DNA of 62,475 nucleotides, counting the filler, from Hausera hauseri (lineage: Eukaryota): the NCBI GenBank assembly GCA_046269625.1. It is 10 parts of 10 records of this genome, joined end to end, with 100 filler letters (N's around TTAATTAATTAA, not from the genome) between each part and the next. Parts side by side here need not be neighbours in the genome. Positions count along the whole stretch, not along the records: positions 36,913 to 48,939 come from JBJURY010055551.1; positions 49,040 to 53,961 come from JBJURY010390479.1; 8 more parts are not named here. One strand, given 5' to 3'. The notes beneath the pieces are model-generated. The model had not been told where the DNA came from, searched no databases, and worked only from the letters and a program-made list of their open reading frames with translations. Below, piece after piece: positions 37,500 through 49,592 of the stretch (positions are counted from its first letter, which is position 1; each line of letters opens with the position of its first letter). A program made the translations under genes and the position numbers.

Positions 37500-38360
37500 C
37501 AAACACCGGAATGCGTATCAACATTAAATTTATGGTACCAATGAGCTGAAATGAGAAGGAAATATCAAACAAAATTACCCAAGTAAATGGAAATACTGCA
37601 TATCGTAAATTGGCAATATATAAATGGATAAGGAGATTTTGAAGTAGTCTGAATGATGTTAATGATGGCACACACCACTAACATCTATTTCAACTGAAAT
37701 GATACGGTCGTTCAGAAATTTAATTGAAAATGATTGGAGAATTCCTGTCAATGTGATTTGCTCGTCATTAAATATAACAATTTGGGTCAATGGAAACAAT
37801 CCTCATAAAAAGCACTGAAATTAAGTAAATTATCATCCAGGTGAGTGTCAAAGTTATTGAATGCAAACCAATTAGAATTTCGTAAACTTTGTGTTGTTCA
37901 GTTTATCGAAAACTTTAATTCCTATCCAGAATTATTTTTAAACAGAATTGTAACCGGTGTCGAAATTGGGATATATTTATATGACCAGGAATCAAAACAA
38001 CAATCAAAGTAATGATTTCCATTTGAATCCAAGGGATGTATAAAGCAAAATCAGAAAGACCTACTACAAAAATCATGGCTCCAAATTTTTGGGACGCTGC
38101 AGGAGTCCTGCAGATTCATTTTCTGGACAGAAAGAAGAGTGGCGCCAGCATTTTATAAAACTGTCTTGCTAAAACTAAACCGATAAAAGGCATCAACAGT
38201 TACAAAGCAATATTTTATTCCATCACGATAACACATCAGCTCACTGCTCTAATCCTGTAATGGAATTACTTGAAATATTTTGCTGGGAATTATTAAATCA
38301 CCCACATTACAGCATTGATTTGGTACCTTCTGAGTTTTCTTTTCCGTTTTGAAATCTGAA
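37500..38360 (+). mobile_element. Degenerate mariner transposase
   Basis: IVTGVEIGIYLYDQESKQQS, FWDAAGVL, HHDNTSAH, HPHYSIDLVPSEF. Confidence 0.8.
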
Positions 38361-38572
38361 AAAATATTTATTTTTGGTTGTCTGACACAGAATCCGTAAA
38401 ATATTCCTAACAAATTCCTAACTCCATTATTGATTGAATTAGATACGAAATCCTGATGACATTATTTATGTACATGAATATTTTCATGATTGGTAGTTTG
38501 TTACTTCAATGACAGTTTTTTTGTAATTCTTTGAAACATTTGCTGAATTTGACAAAATCGATTTTTATTTAG

Positions 38573-39109
38573 ATGAAAGCATTGCATTATGCTGCTGAAA
38601 ATGGACAATTGGATATTGGACAAATGCTGTTGTCTCATGGTGCTGATGTTCATGCAGTGGATCTGGTTCTTAATTACTGCATTGTCATTATTGATTACGT
38701 CATTTGTAGTATGGACGAACACCATTGCATGAGGCAGCAAGGAAAGGTGATGACAAATTTGTAAAATTGATGATAGAAAATGGTGCCAATATTGAATGCA
38801 CTGATTATTTCGTAATTACCATTTTTATTTTGTTTGTTTTCAATGATGGATTTTATTCAGATGAGACGACCTGTACATTTTGCATATAGAAATGGCCATT
38901 TTGGTGTATTACAACAATTATTGACTGCTGGTTGTCAAATTGATGTAAAAGATAAAGTTAGTCATGTCCATTTTATGGCAATGTTGATGATGATTACGTC
39001 ATTTGTAGTATGGACTAACCCCAATATTTTGTGCAGCACAAAGTCAATGCAAAGAAATGTCACAATTCTTGTTGGATGGTTATGTCAACCTAAGAAATAT
39101 GAGAAATGA
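38573..39109 (+). CDS. Ankyrin-repeat exons, copy A (spliced; may be a pseudogene)
   Basis: [23 protein letters not shown] / [13 protein letters not shown] / [13 protein letters not shown] / YGLTPIFCAA, separated by ~44-52 nt GT-AG introns. Confidence 0.8.
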
Positions 39110-39169
39110 CGTAATCTTATTGTTCATTGGATAAATAGGATAATTTCATATTTTTAATGTAACAAAGAA

Positions 39170-39770
39170 ATCTCTACTTATTTATACACAAGATAATTTT
39201 ATTCACTGAATTCAAATATGTGAATTATTTTTACCAACATCCGCACATTTTTGAGTTTCCAATGGCAATTTTTGTATTATCGATAATTTTTGAATAAGTA
39301 ATTTCCCAATTTGAAATCAAAAATACACAAAAAATCATCAAGGTCAAATATTACATAGAATTTTATATTTTGAAAGTATTTTATTTCGATGGCAGAGATT
39401 TGTACATTATTTCGAGTTTGATTTTGAAACAATAACAAAAATGGGAAAATCATTTTACTTATTCATAAGTGACTTATCGTACATGAATACAAAAATTTGC
39501 ATAGACAAACAAATTTATAATTTTGTTTTACTTGTTTCAATATCAAACTGGAAATAATGTGCAATTCTTGTGCCTTTGAACTAAAATACTTTTGAAATAT
39601 AAAATAGTTTTGTGTTAAGTTGTGTGTAATATTTGACCTTGATATTTCATAAATAAAAATTATAAATCGATTATTAAATTAACCAATTATTTACAAATTT
39701 GAATTCCGTGTATAAAATTACATTTCTATACAGATTTTCGTCAAAATCTGAGTGTATAAGTAAGTATAGT
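39170..39770. mobile_element. MITE-like long inverted repeat
   Basis: aaggtcaaatattac...aaagtatttta...acattatttc.agtttgat.ttgaaacaa (~39340-39435) mirrored at ~39525-39643. Confidence 0.65.
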
Positions 39771-40763
39771 TTCCTTGTTGGATACATTTCCCTACTGTAA
39801 TTGACACCATCTCTTCAGTTTTGAAAATTGAAATAATTTAAACAAATTTTCACAGCATTTTTAGTACAGACTGTTGCAATACCAAATTGTTACTTAAAAT
39901 ATCAATAAAATACTGTATTATTATTATTGATTAAATAAAATTAATGTTTTAACAAAATCTGTTTGTCAATTTAAATTTTGATTAAATTTTATAATACAAA
40001 TCGATTCTGTTGTTTTCCTAATTATATGGTACATTACGTTACGTTTTTAAATTTAAATTTTTTCATAATGTTTTTATGAATTGATTTTGTACCTTGTCCA
40101 TTAACATGTTCTCCAACTGCTGTATAAAGATGACAGGTAGTCTCATCGAAGTATGACGAATTCTCCTCATGACATTCAAAATGATAAATTAAATTTGAAA
40201 GTAATTTTTGACAGTTTGAAATTAAATCAGTGCATATTGATTTTTCAAATTTCTATAGTAACACTGATGTTTCATCGGAATGAGTAATTTTTAGCATCAA
40301 ACCTATTTATTGATCTGTTCTATTTTTATTATTGGCATTTCGCATCATTGGTTTCATTGGAGATTCTTTGGTTTTTTTCGGATTTATAAAATTTTCTAAA
40401 TGATTTTTTTTAAAATTCTGCAAATCAAATTTTCTTTACAGTCATTTAATTTATGACTTTTGATTGACATATTCAAATGATGCATAGCATTTTTGAAGTT
40501 TAAATATAAACGCCATGTTCTGTGTTGAATAATGACAAAATCAGACCTTTTTTGTATTTAACGTAGTAAAAGGTGTTTATAATGGTGCAGAATCCAATGT
40601 CTGTTGTATTATAATATGTGAATGTGTGGCAATTTGCATTTTTCTTTTTGATCAGTGCATTTGATTATTGAATAAGTCAAGGTATTTGACTTCTCGTCTG
40701 TTTTATTTTTTTGTGTATTTAATTTTATTTTATTAATTTAATCGTATGTATTTTTTAACATCA

Positions 40764-41440
40764 GGATTATCCACTACATATTGCTGCAATTTTGGACAGA
40801 AGGGATGATGCAGAGTTTTTGTTACAGAATGGATTTGATGTGAATTGTAGGCATGCATGGGTCTGTAATATTTTATTATCTGCGTCATTATGGGTTATGG
40901 TAGAAAGGACAAACCCCATTGCATTATGCTGCTGAATATGGACAATTGGATATTGGACAAATGCTGTTGTCTCATGGTGCTGATGTTCATGCAGTGGATC
41001 TGGTTCTTAATTACTGCATTGTCATTATTGATTACGTCATTTGTAGTATGGACGAACACCATTGCATGAGGCAGCAAGGAAAGGTGATGACAAATTTGTA
41101 AAATTGATGATAGAAAATGGTGCCAATATTGAATGCACTGATTATTTCGTAATTACCATTTTTATTTTGTTTGTTTTCAATGATGGATTTTATTCAGATG
41201 AGACGACCTGTACATTTTGCATATAGAAATGGCCATTTTGGTGTATTACAACAATTATTGACTGCTGGTTGTCAAATTGATGTAAAAGATAAAGTTAGTC
41301 ATGTCCATTTTATGGCAATGTTGATGATGATTACGTCATTTGTAGGATGGACTAACACCATTGAATTCCCTTGTATATTGGACACGAATCAATAATCAAA
41401 ATTATGAAAAATGTCGTCAGCTTATTGATTATACGCAGGT
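40764..41440 (+). CDS. Ankyrin-repeat exons, copy B; likely the 5' part of an ANK-kinase gene
   Basis: [10 protein letters not shown]...; [16 protein letters not shown]...; 40917-41345 is nearly identical to 38580-39008. Confidence 0.8.
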
Positions 41441-42241
41441 GTGTATCCATTCTTGATTTTACATTTGAAATATGACAGTAAAATTAAAATTTCCTATAGT
41501 TACAGTAGGGAGGGGTTTTGTCCATAAAGTACATTAGTTGTTCCAGTGTTATTGATGAAGGACAACAGCATCAGTAGTCAATCTATAAGTGGTGCTTAGC
41601 AATGATCGGTGTCATAGAAAAGTTTACAAATGACTTTACAACAGTGTAAAAGTCTTAAACTGTTATAGAAATCTAACAAAAGAACTATGATGTCTTGTGG
41701 AACATGAATGGTGACGTGTGTATGTGTGCATATCATATTTTAACTATATACATTCAAAATTCAGCAAAATTTGTATTACATTCTCGTTATCTCTCCATTC
41801 ACCAGATTTTCATCCTCAGCACATTCTGATTGTAGATACGAAATCCTGATGACATTATCAATGTACACGAATATTTTCATGATTGGTCATTGGTCATTAC
41901 AATGATAGTTCACTTGTTAAAATGAAGTCTATGAATAATCGAGGAGACTAACGAACCATGGGAAAAATCTTAAAAGTGTGCCTAGTAACCGTTTTTCTGT
42001 CCAATTTTTACAACAAAATTAATATTCATTTAAATTCATCCAATTTATTATCATGTCAGAAAGAAAGGCAGACAACGGAATTCCAAATTATTCATTGGCC
42101 AACATACTCAGTCATCTGTAGAAAATACAAAATATACGATTATGCAGAAACCATCAAAGTTGTTAAGAAAAATGTCATTCCATGTAACAGACCAGCAGTT
42201 GTGTCTGATTTAATGGACCTTTTAAAGTAAGGCTATGGAAA

Positions 42242-43253
42242 CAGTGGCGTAGCGAGTTTTAATGCCGCATGAGGTGGGTTTGGTTTTACCGCCCTTATTT
42301 TTTCCCTTACCCTTACACTTTTCATTCTTCTCCTCCCATTCTCTTTCCCATCCTTTCCCATTTTTAACCCAAATAAGAACAGTTTCATGTAATGGTTTTG
42401 TGTCAATTGATTTGAAAATTATGGACCAATTTAAGACAAATGATAATAAAAAGCGTGTTAAACAGTAAACATCAAAAATTCAAATAAGACGTCTCATCGC
42501 AAAATAACCTTCAGTGCCTTGCCAAATGCATCTTTTTGGCTTTAGAAACAACAAAGTCTTTGATGGCTTCACTAAAGTAAAGTTTCACTGCTAACTCCTG
42601 TCCGATTGAAATTAGCACAAGAATGGAAAATCGAGATTGGCTCATCTGTGAACGCAAGTCATTTTTGTTTAGTTTCAGCTTTGAAAAGCTGCATTCGCAT
42701 GTTGCAACTGAGATGCAAGCTATCAAAAAATTTCTAAGTGTGACTATTAAATTTGGTAGATTTTCCGCAAATTTCCATTTAACAATCCATTCCAGCAATG
42801 ACAGCACCGTGGAGGTTCGATTCAGGACTGGATTCCCGTGGCATTGTATTGATGGAGACAGCAGACAACACAATCGTCATATGTCGAGTTTCATAATTTG
42901 TACATCAATTTCGTAATACAGAATTGACAGTTCATTCACTTGATCATCAATTTTACTGTCATTCCATAAATCCAATAACTGGGAAAGATGCAAAAATCCA
43001 AAACGATTGTTCTCAACGTCACTGTATTTCATTTATTTGCCGATCCACTGTCTCCATCATTTCTCCTCAAATTTCATCCTGAAATGACAATCCAACATCA
43101 GTGGCCACTTCATCATTCATTCTCCTCTTTCTCCATACCCATCGTTCAATCTGCATGTCCATAACCCTTTTTACAGTTACTTGAACAAAGTCTGCCAAAA
43201 TGTCCCACCGCCTACTAAAGTCCGTCCCCTCTGCCTCCCTCGCTACGCCACTG
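42242..43253 (-). mobile_element. Internally deleted hAT DNA transposon
   Basis: 15-bp TIRs CAGTGGCGTAGCGAG / CTCGCTACGCCACTG; 8-bp TSD tatggaaa / tatagaaa; hAT dimerisation motif ISVATCECSFSKLKLNKNDLRSQMSQSR. Confidence 0.92.
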
Positions 43254-44291
43254 TATAGAAATAAACATTATTGATTGTATCAGGGTCATTCCACCAACAC
43301 AAATGGCAGTGAGATTGTTGTCAGATCGACTGCAGTACCATGAGTACATAATTGTTGGAGTAGATGAAGACAGACATGCAGTGGAATACAAAATACAACA
43401 ATTACGCCAATGGCATGTTACCATATCGATTGATGACAATCCACTGAATACCACGGCATCCGTTGCATTTGACAATAGAACTCCAGTTCCTTCAAATTGG
43501 AGGTTATTCATCCATTTTATTCGATCATTTATTCATCACCAGTGAACATGGTCATATTCATCTGTCACTGCAGCACGAATCATGTCAGTCAGTACCAGTA
43601 GGGTCTGTGGACATCATTGTATCCAATGGTATTGCAGTTGACATCATTAAACAAACATTCATTGATTTCATGGCACTTACTTATCGTTATGAAATTGTGA
43701 CAAACATCCTCAGTGATAAAATTGATGCAGACCTTGTCGAATGTTCCATGAAAAAGTATTGTTGCAATGATTAGCATCAATCATCAAGTTGTTTAGCATG
43801 TTGATGATGAGGAAACAATTGATGATATTTTATGATGAGGATGGACGAAAATTCCGCATGCATAGCAACAGTAACCCAATTGAATATATCAGTGTGACAG
43901 TCGTACAGAAGAGAGTGGGTAACATGGAGTTTGTACCCTCCCTCATAGATGTAGATTGCTGGAGTAAAGAAACCGTATTTGAACAGTAATTAAATTTGAG
44001 TCAATGAAGTAATTTTGTAGCATCTGGAGGCGATACATTTTAGTGCGGTGCATCACAAATGATGAATTTGCCATTGCAGTGCATTGTGATGGATGTTCTA
44101 CGGCAGGGAATGTGTTGGATAAAATAATTGGTCATATCAATGAGTCTGGTCGAGTTGAATTGGTTGGCAATGACGGAATAATTAGTCGTGATGTTGTCAT
44201 TGGCAATATTGATGACGTCATACATTACGCAATAATATCTTCACAGTCAGTTTCCTGTGTTAAATGTCGTTATTTATTTGATTTTCTGCAG

Positions 44292-45272
44292 GATGGATCA
44301 GATTGATAAACAAGAAAAACTTGGCAAAGGAGGATTCGGTACTGTTTATCTTTGTTACGTGGACCAAAAGAAATGCGCATTGAAAATGATCGATGGAGAC
44401 CAAAAAGAGTCAATTAAAAAAGAAATTCTAGTTGCCTCACGAATTGGCAATCACAGTCGAATAATGAAATATTCTCAATTTTTTGAAAATCAATCCTCAT
44501 TTTTCATTCTGATGGACGCCATGAAGGTTGCCAATGAACGTTTGTTGTTATCTTATCATTCTGTAACTAGCAATCCCTCAGTGGCCGTTTGCGTGACCTG
44601 CATCATTCCTTCTCAAATACTACAGTTCATCCATTGGGTGACAGGAAAATTGTTCGTTTTGCATCAGACATTTTGATTGGTCTGAAATATCTCCATGACC
44701 ACAAAATAATTCACAGAGATCTTAAATGTGATTAGATTTGTTTGTGCATTTCAATAAGTTACGTCATAATGAAGGTGCAAATGTGCTGCTGGATGAGAAT
44801 GACAGATGCAAATTGACTGATTTTGGATTGAGTAAATGTTTGAATGTGGACAGTAACAGGGCAAATTATTCTGGATGCACCAGTGGAGTTGGAACTTGCA
44901 GATGGATGGCACCAGAAATAATTAAATCGGAGTCACAGCATCCGTATGGACTAAAAGCAGATATTTGGTCATTTGGTGTATCCATTACAGAAATGATCAC
45001 CGGTTTTTAGTTTTATACAAATTTGTTTGTATTGATTATCAAATGTAGGATCGCCACCTTATCCTGAATTGCATGACTGTGCCGTTATTTGGAAAATTGG
45101 CAACGAAAAGACGATACAATACAAATTCCCATCAACACTTTCTGATAATCTGCAACAATTTGTAAATTTGTGTCTAAATGGTAACCCAGAAGAAAGACCT
45201 GATTGCGTAGACTTATTACGCAATCAGATATTCAAAATGACAGATAATGATGATCATCAAAATATAAGTTGA
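44292..45272 (+). CDS. Ser/Thr protein kinase domain (MAP3K/STE-like), 4 exons
   Basis: GKGGFGTV, ALK, HRDLK|ANVLL, DFGLSK, GTCRWMAPE, DIWSFG, PEERP; short GT-AG introns; probable upstream exons at 43283-44270. Confidence 0.9.
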
Positions 45273-45688
45273 CTATGAAATATGTCAGTCACTAATTTGC
45301 AAAATTCATTTATTAAATATATTTCTTATAAATCTGTCACTTACCCATTTTCAAAATCCCAACAAAAGCACTCCGATAAAAATCGCCAATTACGTAATCA
45401 CCGTAAAAATTTTAATATTTTCTATTCATTTGTAACAAATTCCAAACATTAAATGTAACATATCACTCAACAAGTTCGTAGAATGACATGTACTACTGTG
45501 GACAAAAAGTAATGAGAATGCATTTATAAAAAGTACGCATGTTGAATATCGATGTGTATATTTATTTGGTACGGTGGTATGACTGTTGTGAACAGCTGAC
45601 AGAAATTTCATGACATTTGCTTTGGTAGGTTGGAAATTACAGCGTCTTTTGTGTTTGAATAAAATTGTTCTCGGTGACTTTGTTTAAT

Positions 45689-45780
45689 ATGGATAATTAT
45701 GTGGAACAAAGAATTTGTATCAAATTTTGTCTAAAAAGTGACATTTCTTGTTCTGGTCCATTGAAAATGTTACAAAAGTG
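45689..45780 (+). mobile_element. Mariner transposase N-terminal remnant, interrupted
   Basis: MDNYVEQRICIKFCLKSDISCSGPLKMLQK. Confidence 0.6.
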
Positions 45781-47112
45781 TAGAGGAAAAATGGGAGTTC
45801 TGACACAGGTACACAACTTCATCCATTAATTAAATTGATGCGTTAAAACAAAAGTCAATTTAATGATTGGGTGAATTGGAATTGATACTTATTTGCATTC
45901 CCCCTTGGGTGAATCGGAATTTATTCGCCGTCACATGAGGTCATTTAAGGATTATGAACAACATATTTCGAACAACAATATTTTCGTAGTGTTTTATAAA
46001 TGTCCTTGGCCGGTAGTTGAATTTGAAAGTGCTGAAATGGCTTTTGAAAATTTTCTTTTGTTGAAAAATTTTCACTTTCTTGTCATCGTTCCTGGGATGT
46101 TTATTTACATTTTCCAATCTTTCATAATTGACTACAATTTTCCTGGCTTTGCTGACAGCTTCTTTATAAGTGACAGGATCATAACAATCATATAATTCTG
46201 AATTTCTGAGGTTACTCCATAACATAACTAAGCTAAGGGAGCGTGTTCTCTTATGTCTTTATCTGCGTAAGCTCTCTGAACCAACGTCTGAAGGACCCAT
46301 GCATACTGTTGCACGGTTTCGTCTTTTCTCTGACGTCTCCTGTTGACTTTTCCAATTAGACCCTTTCCTGACGGGTCTACCTAGAGCCTATCCTTCAGGG
46401 CCTCTTTAAGGCTATTCCAATCAGCTTTATTATCTTCTACTTGTGTATAAGCACTGAGTGCTATTCCTTTAGGATGAAGTGGACGGCGTTTTATACTGAG
46501 CTCGTCTGTCTATCCGAAGCTTTCTGAGTATATTTAGTACTACGTCAGGAACTCCCTATAATCCTGATCTGGTTTGTCTTCAAAATTGTCCATTGGTAAA
46601 ACCATTGTTGCACGTAGCTTGCTACCTAAACTGGCACCCAATCCTGAACTACGCATTTTTAGATTTTCTTCTGTTTCAGAGTCGCATGGGCTTCTTGCCG
46701 AATCCGTATTCTCAACTCTATTATTTATAGGGTTTCATCTACTTTGTAAATGATTCATCAGCGTACCTCGTCACTCACGACAATGGATCGAGAAGAAAAA
46801 GTGTGGCCTATGAACATTATTGTATTAACTGTAAATATAACAATGTATATATTATTGATTTCCTTATATATTTCTACAAATAAATATTTTACTCTGTCTT
46901 ATTTTTTTATCTCCATTGGCCTTGACATGAAATGATCTCATGTGACGGAGGGATGGAGTAAGTACAAGTTCCGAATACGCAAATCGGAGGAAAAGGAATA
47001 AGTACCAATTCCGATACACCCAATGGTCAAATGAATTTTTGTTTTAACGCATCATTTTAATTAAAAGAGGGGTGGGGATATGGGTTGATACCATGTCCTC
47101 CTATCTAACTAC
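45779..47112 (-). mobile_element. Gag fragment bracketed by ~170-bp imperfect inverted repeats
   Basis: Gag pseudogene at ~46040-46710 is a close relative of 1771-2410; the repeats share aaatga.ctcatgtgacgg...ttcc.at.cacccaa...tttgttttaacgcatca. Confidence 0.7.
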
Positions 47113-49059
47113 TCCTTTGAAAACCTAGAAGATGCTATAATGCTGTGTTTGGGACAAATACATTTGTATGGTAAAGAGGTAATTGCATTCAACCATTTTC
47201 AACAGAATACAGAAATAATCCAAAATAGTATTAAAGTTTATTCTCAAGAGGAATTATGACGCAGAATAAATTTAGATGAAAGTATAGTTGTCGAATCAAA
47301 TGTAAAAGTAGCCAGAAAACAAATGTCGCAATTTTCACAAATATTTATGTCAGTAGAGAATAAAACTAAAATTACTACTGATGAATTTGTAAGTAGAGTG
47401 ACATTCAATATGAAAATATAGCATAAATTTGGTCATTAAAATTATGGTGTAGTTACTGAACAAGTTCCGTTACGATGATAAAATTCTAATTAATGAAAAT
47501 GACATAAAATAAGAAATTTTTTGTCATATTTTCCTCTATTTATGTTAATAATTTGATAGAAAATATTTGTAAAAAATATTTGTAGTTGACATTTTCATCA
47601 TTATTTTTATTTCCTGATCAATAAACTGACTCATCCTTTATGCACGACGATAACATTGCTAGTACCAGCAAATTATTGATTATTTTTTGTTGTATTTTAT
47701 AATTATGAAAAATTTGAATATATAAATAAAATAATAATATTTTGTTTGTGTTTAATTTATTTCAATTTGTTTGAGAATTACTACTAAAATTCTAACAAGG
47801 AAACGACTTTTACTGCAAATCTGGTGGTTTATTGTTATAACAAATGGCACTTATTCAAATGTCCCCCACTAGGTTTAGAAAATTTGAACTTTAAGAAAAT
47901 TTGTTCCTTTTCTCGAGCTGATATATTTTTAATATTCGATTTATAATGTTTTTATTGATGTTCTGACTATTGCATGAGTGACGACAGACTATATTCGATG
48001 GGTATTTTTTATTTTGTCAGAACATCATGGAAACGTTATTAATCGAATACTAAACAAACAATAACTCGAGAAAAGGAACAAAAATTTAGTGGGGAGATTT
48101 GAACAAGTGCGAAATTCTGTCACATTTGAAATGTCCAATCGAGTTATTTTTACATTCATTAACAAAAAGTATTTTCATATTATTAATAAGCATTATATTT
48201 TGGTCGTATTTGATCATTTCTTATAAAAACAAACCCTGTGTGACAGTTAAAAATGTTCCTTTGTTAGCATTTTTGAATGGGTTGAAAAATCCAACTTCAA
48301 ATAAAAATCCTCGCACTCTCATTGGTTATTTTTATGTGCAATGGTTATTACATCATCAATGTCGACAACAGCTTATCGCGACAGAAATTTTACGGTTTAT
48401 CCTATGTCAACGTACATGGGTAGTACTGTAATGAGAAAATATTATGCAAGCAAATCTAAAATTATGAAATAATGTATTTTTCAAATGTTACGTCATTTCG
48501 CACATCAATATTGTTAAGATGACAAAACTTTCGCCCGTTCCGGATGTTCTGTTAAACTATTAAACATCCGTGTATAATATTTTGCTAGTAATCTCTAATC
48601 GCCAAATCATTGTGTAGTGTTTAAATTCTAGGGGATACTGTAGAAAGTACACAAAATATTGTCAAGTAAAAATTTCATTTTCTACATAATCAACAAATCT
48701 TAATCCCTATGTTTAAGGGAAAATTTTAAATAATTTCCCGAAAAATTTCGGAATCTTTGATAATTAAATTCATTAAACATATTCCAAAGATTTCAAAACT
48801 AACGCAATCACTTTTCGATAAAACTAGTTACAAAAATCAAAATACTTACCGTTCGACCCCTCAAATTGTGAAGACGCAATTTATCTGTCACTTCGGCAGC
48901 GGACATAGCATTTGGCAAGTCCTGTTTGTTTGCAAAAACNNNNNNNNNNNNNNNNNNNNNNNNNNNNNNNNNNNNNNNNNNNNTTAATTAATTAANNNNN
49001 NNNNNNNNNNNNNNNNNNNNNNNNNNNNNNNNNNNNNNNAACTTTGACATAACGCTAAA

Positions 49060-49400
49060 CACTTTTTAGTGTGTGTGTGTGTGCTTATCTGTGCTTGTAA
49101 AATGTAAGTAACCTGAAAAATGGATGACTAAGATATATTGCGTGCTTGTGTGCACGTCTGTGAATGTAAAGTGCAACTAACCTGAGAAAAGATATATATC
49201 AGGTATATGTCAGTGTGTGTGCTTGTGTGCATGTGCATGTCTGTGCGTTCAAAGTGCAACTAACCTGAGAAAGCGTATATCTCAGGTATGTGTCAGTGTG
49301 TTTGCCTGTGTGAGTGTTTTTCTGTGCTTCGAAAATGTAAGTAACCTGAGGAAATGTATAGCTCAGTTATATGTCTGTATGCTTGTGCATGTGTGTAAAA
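49060..49400. repeat. Degenerate ~70-80 bp minisatellite
   Basis: aa(a)gt(g/a)..(c/g)taacctga.aaa recurs at ~49101, 49170, 49251 and 49332 with GT-rich spacers. Confidence 0.65.
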
Positions 49401-49592
49401 TACAAGTAATATATAGCTAATATGAGTAATATGCTGGTAATATAGATAGGGTAATATATGGAAAATTTAGGTAAAATACAAGATAGATCATTTATATCAG
49501 ATATGTCGGTAATTATTCAATAAATCAATACAATGCGCCAATACATTTATAAATAAAACTAAAACTTGTATTACTCTGTCATTATTTAAAAA

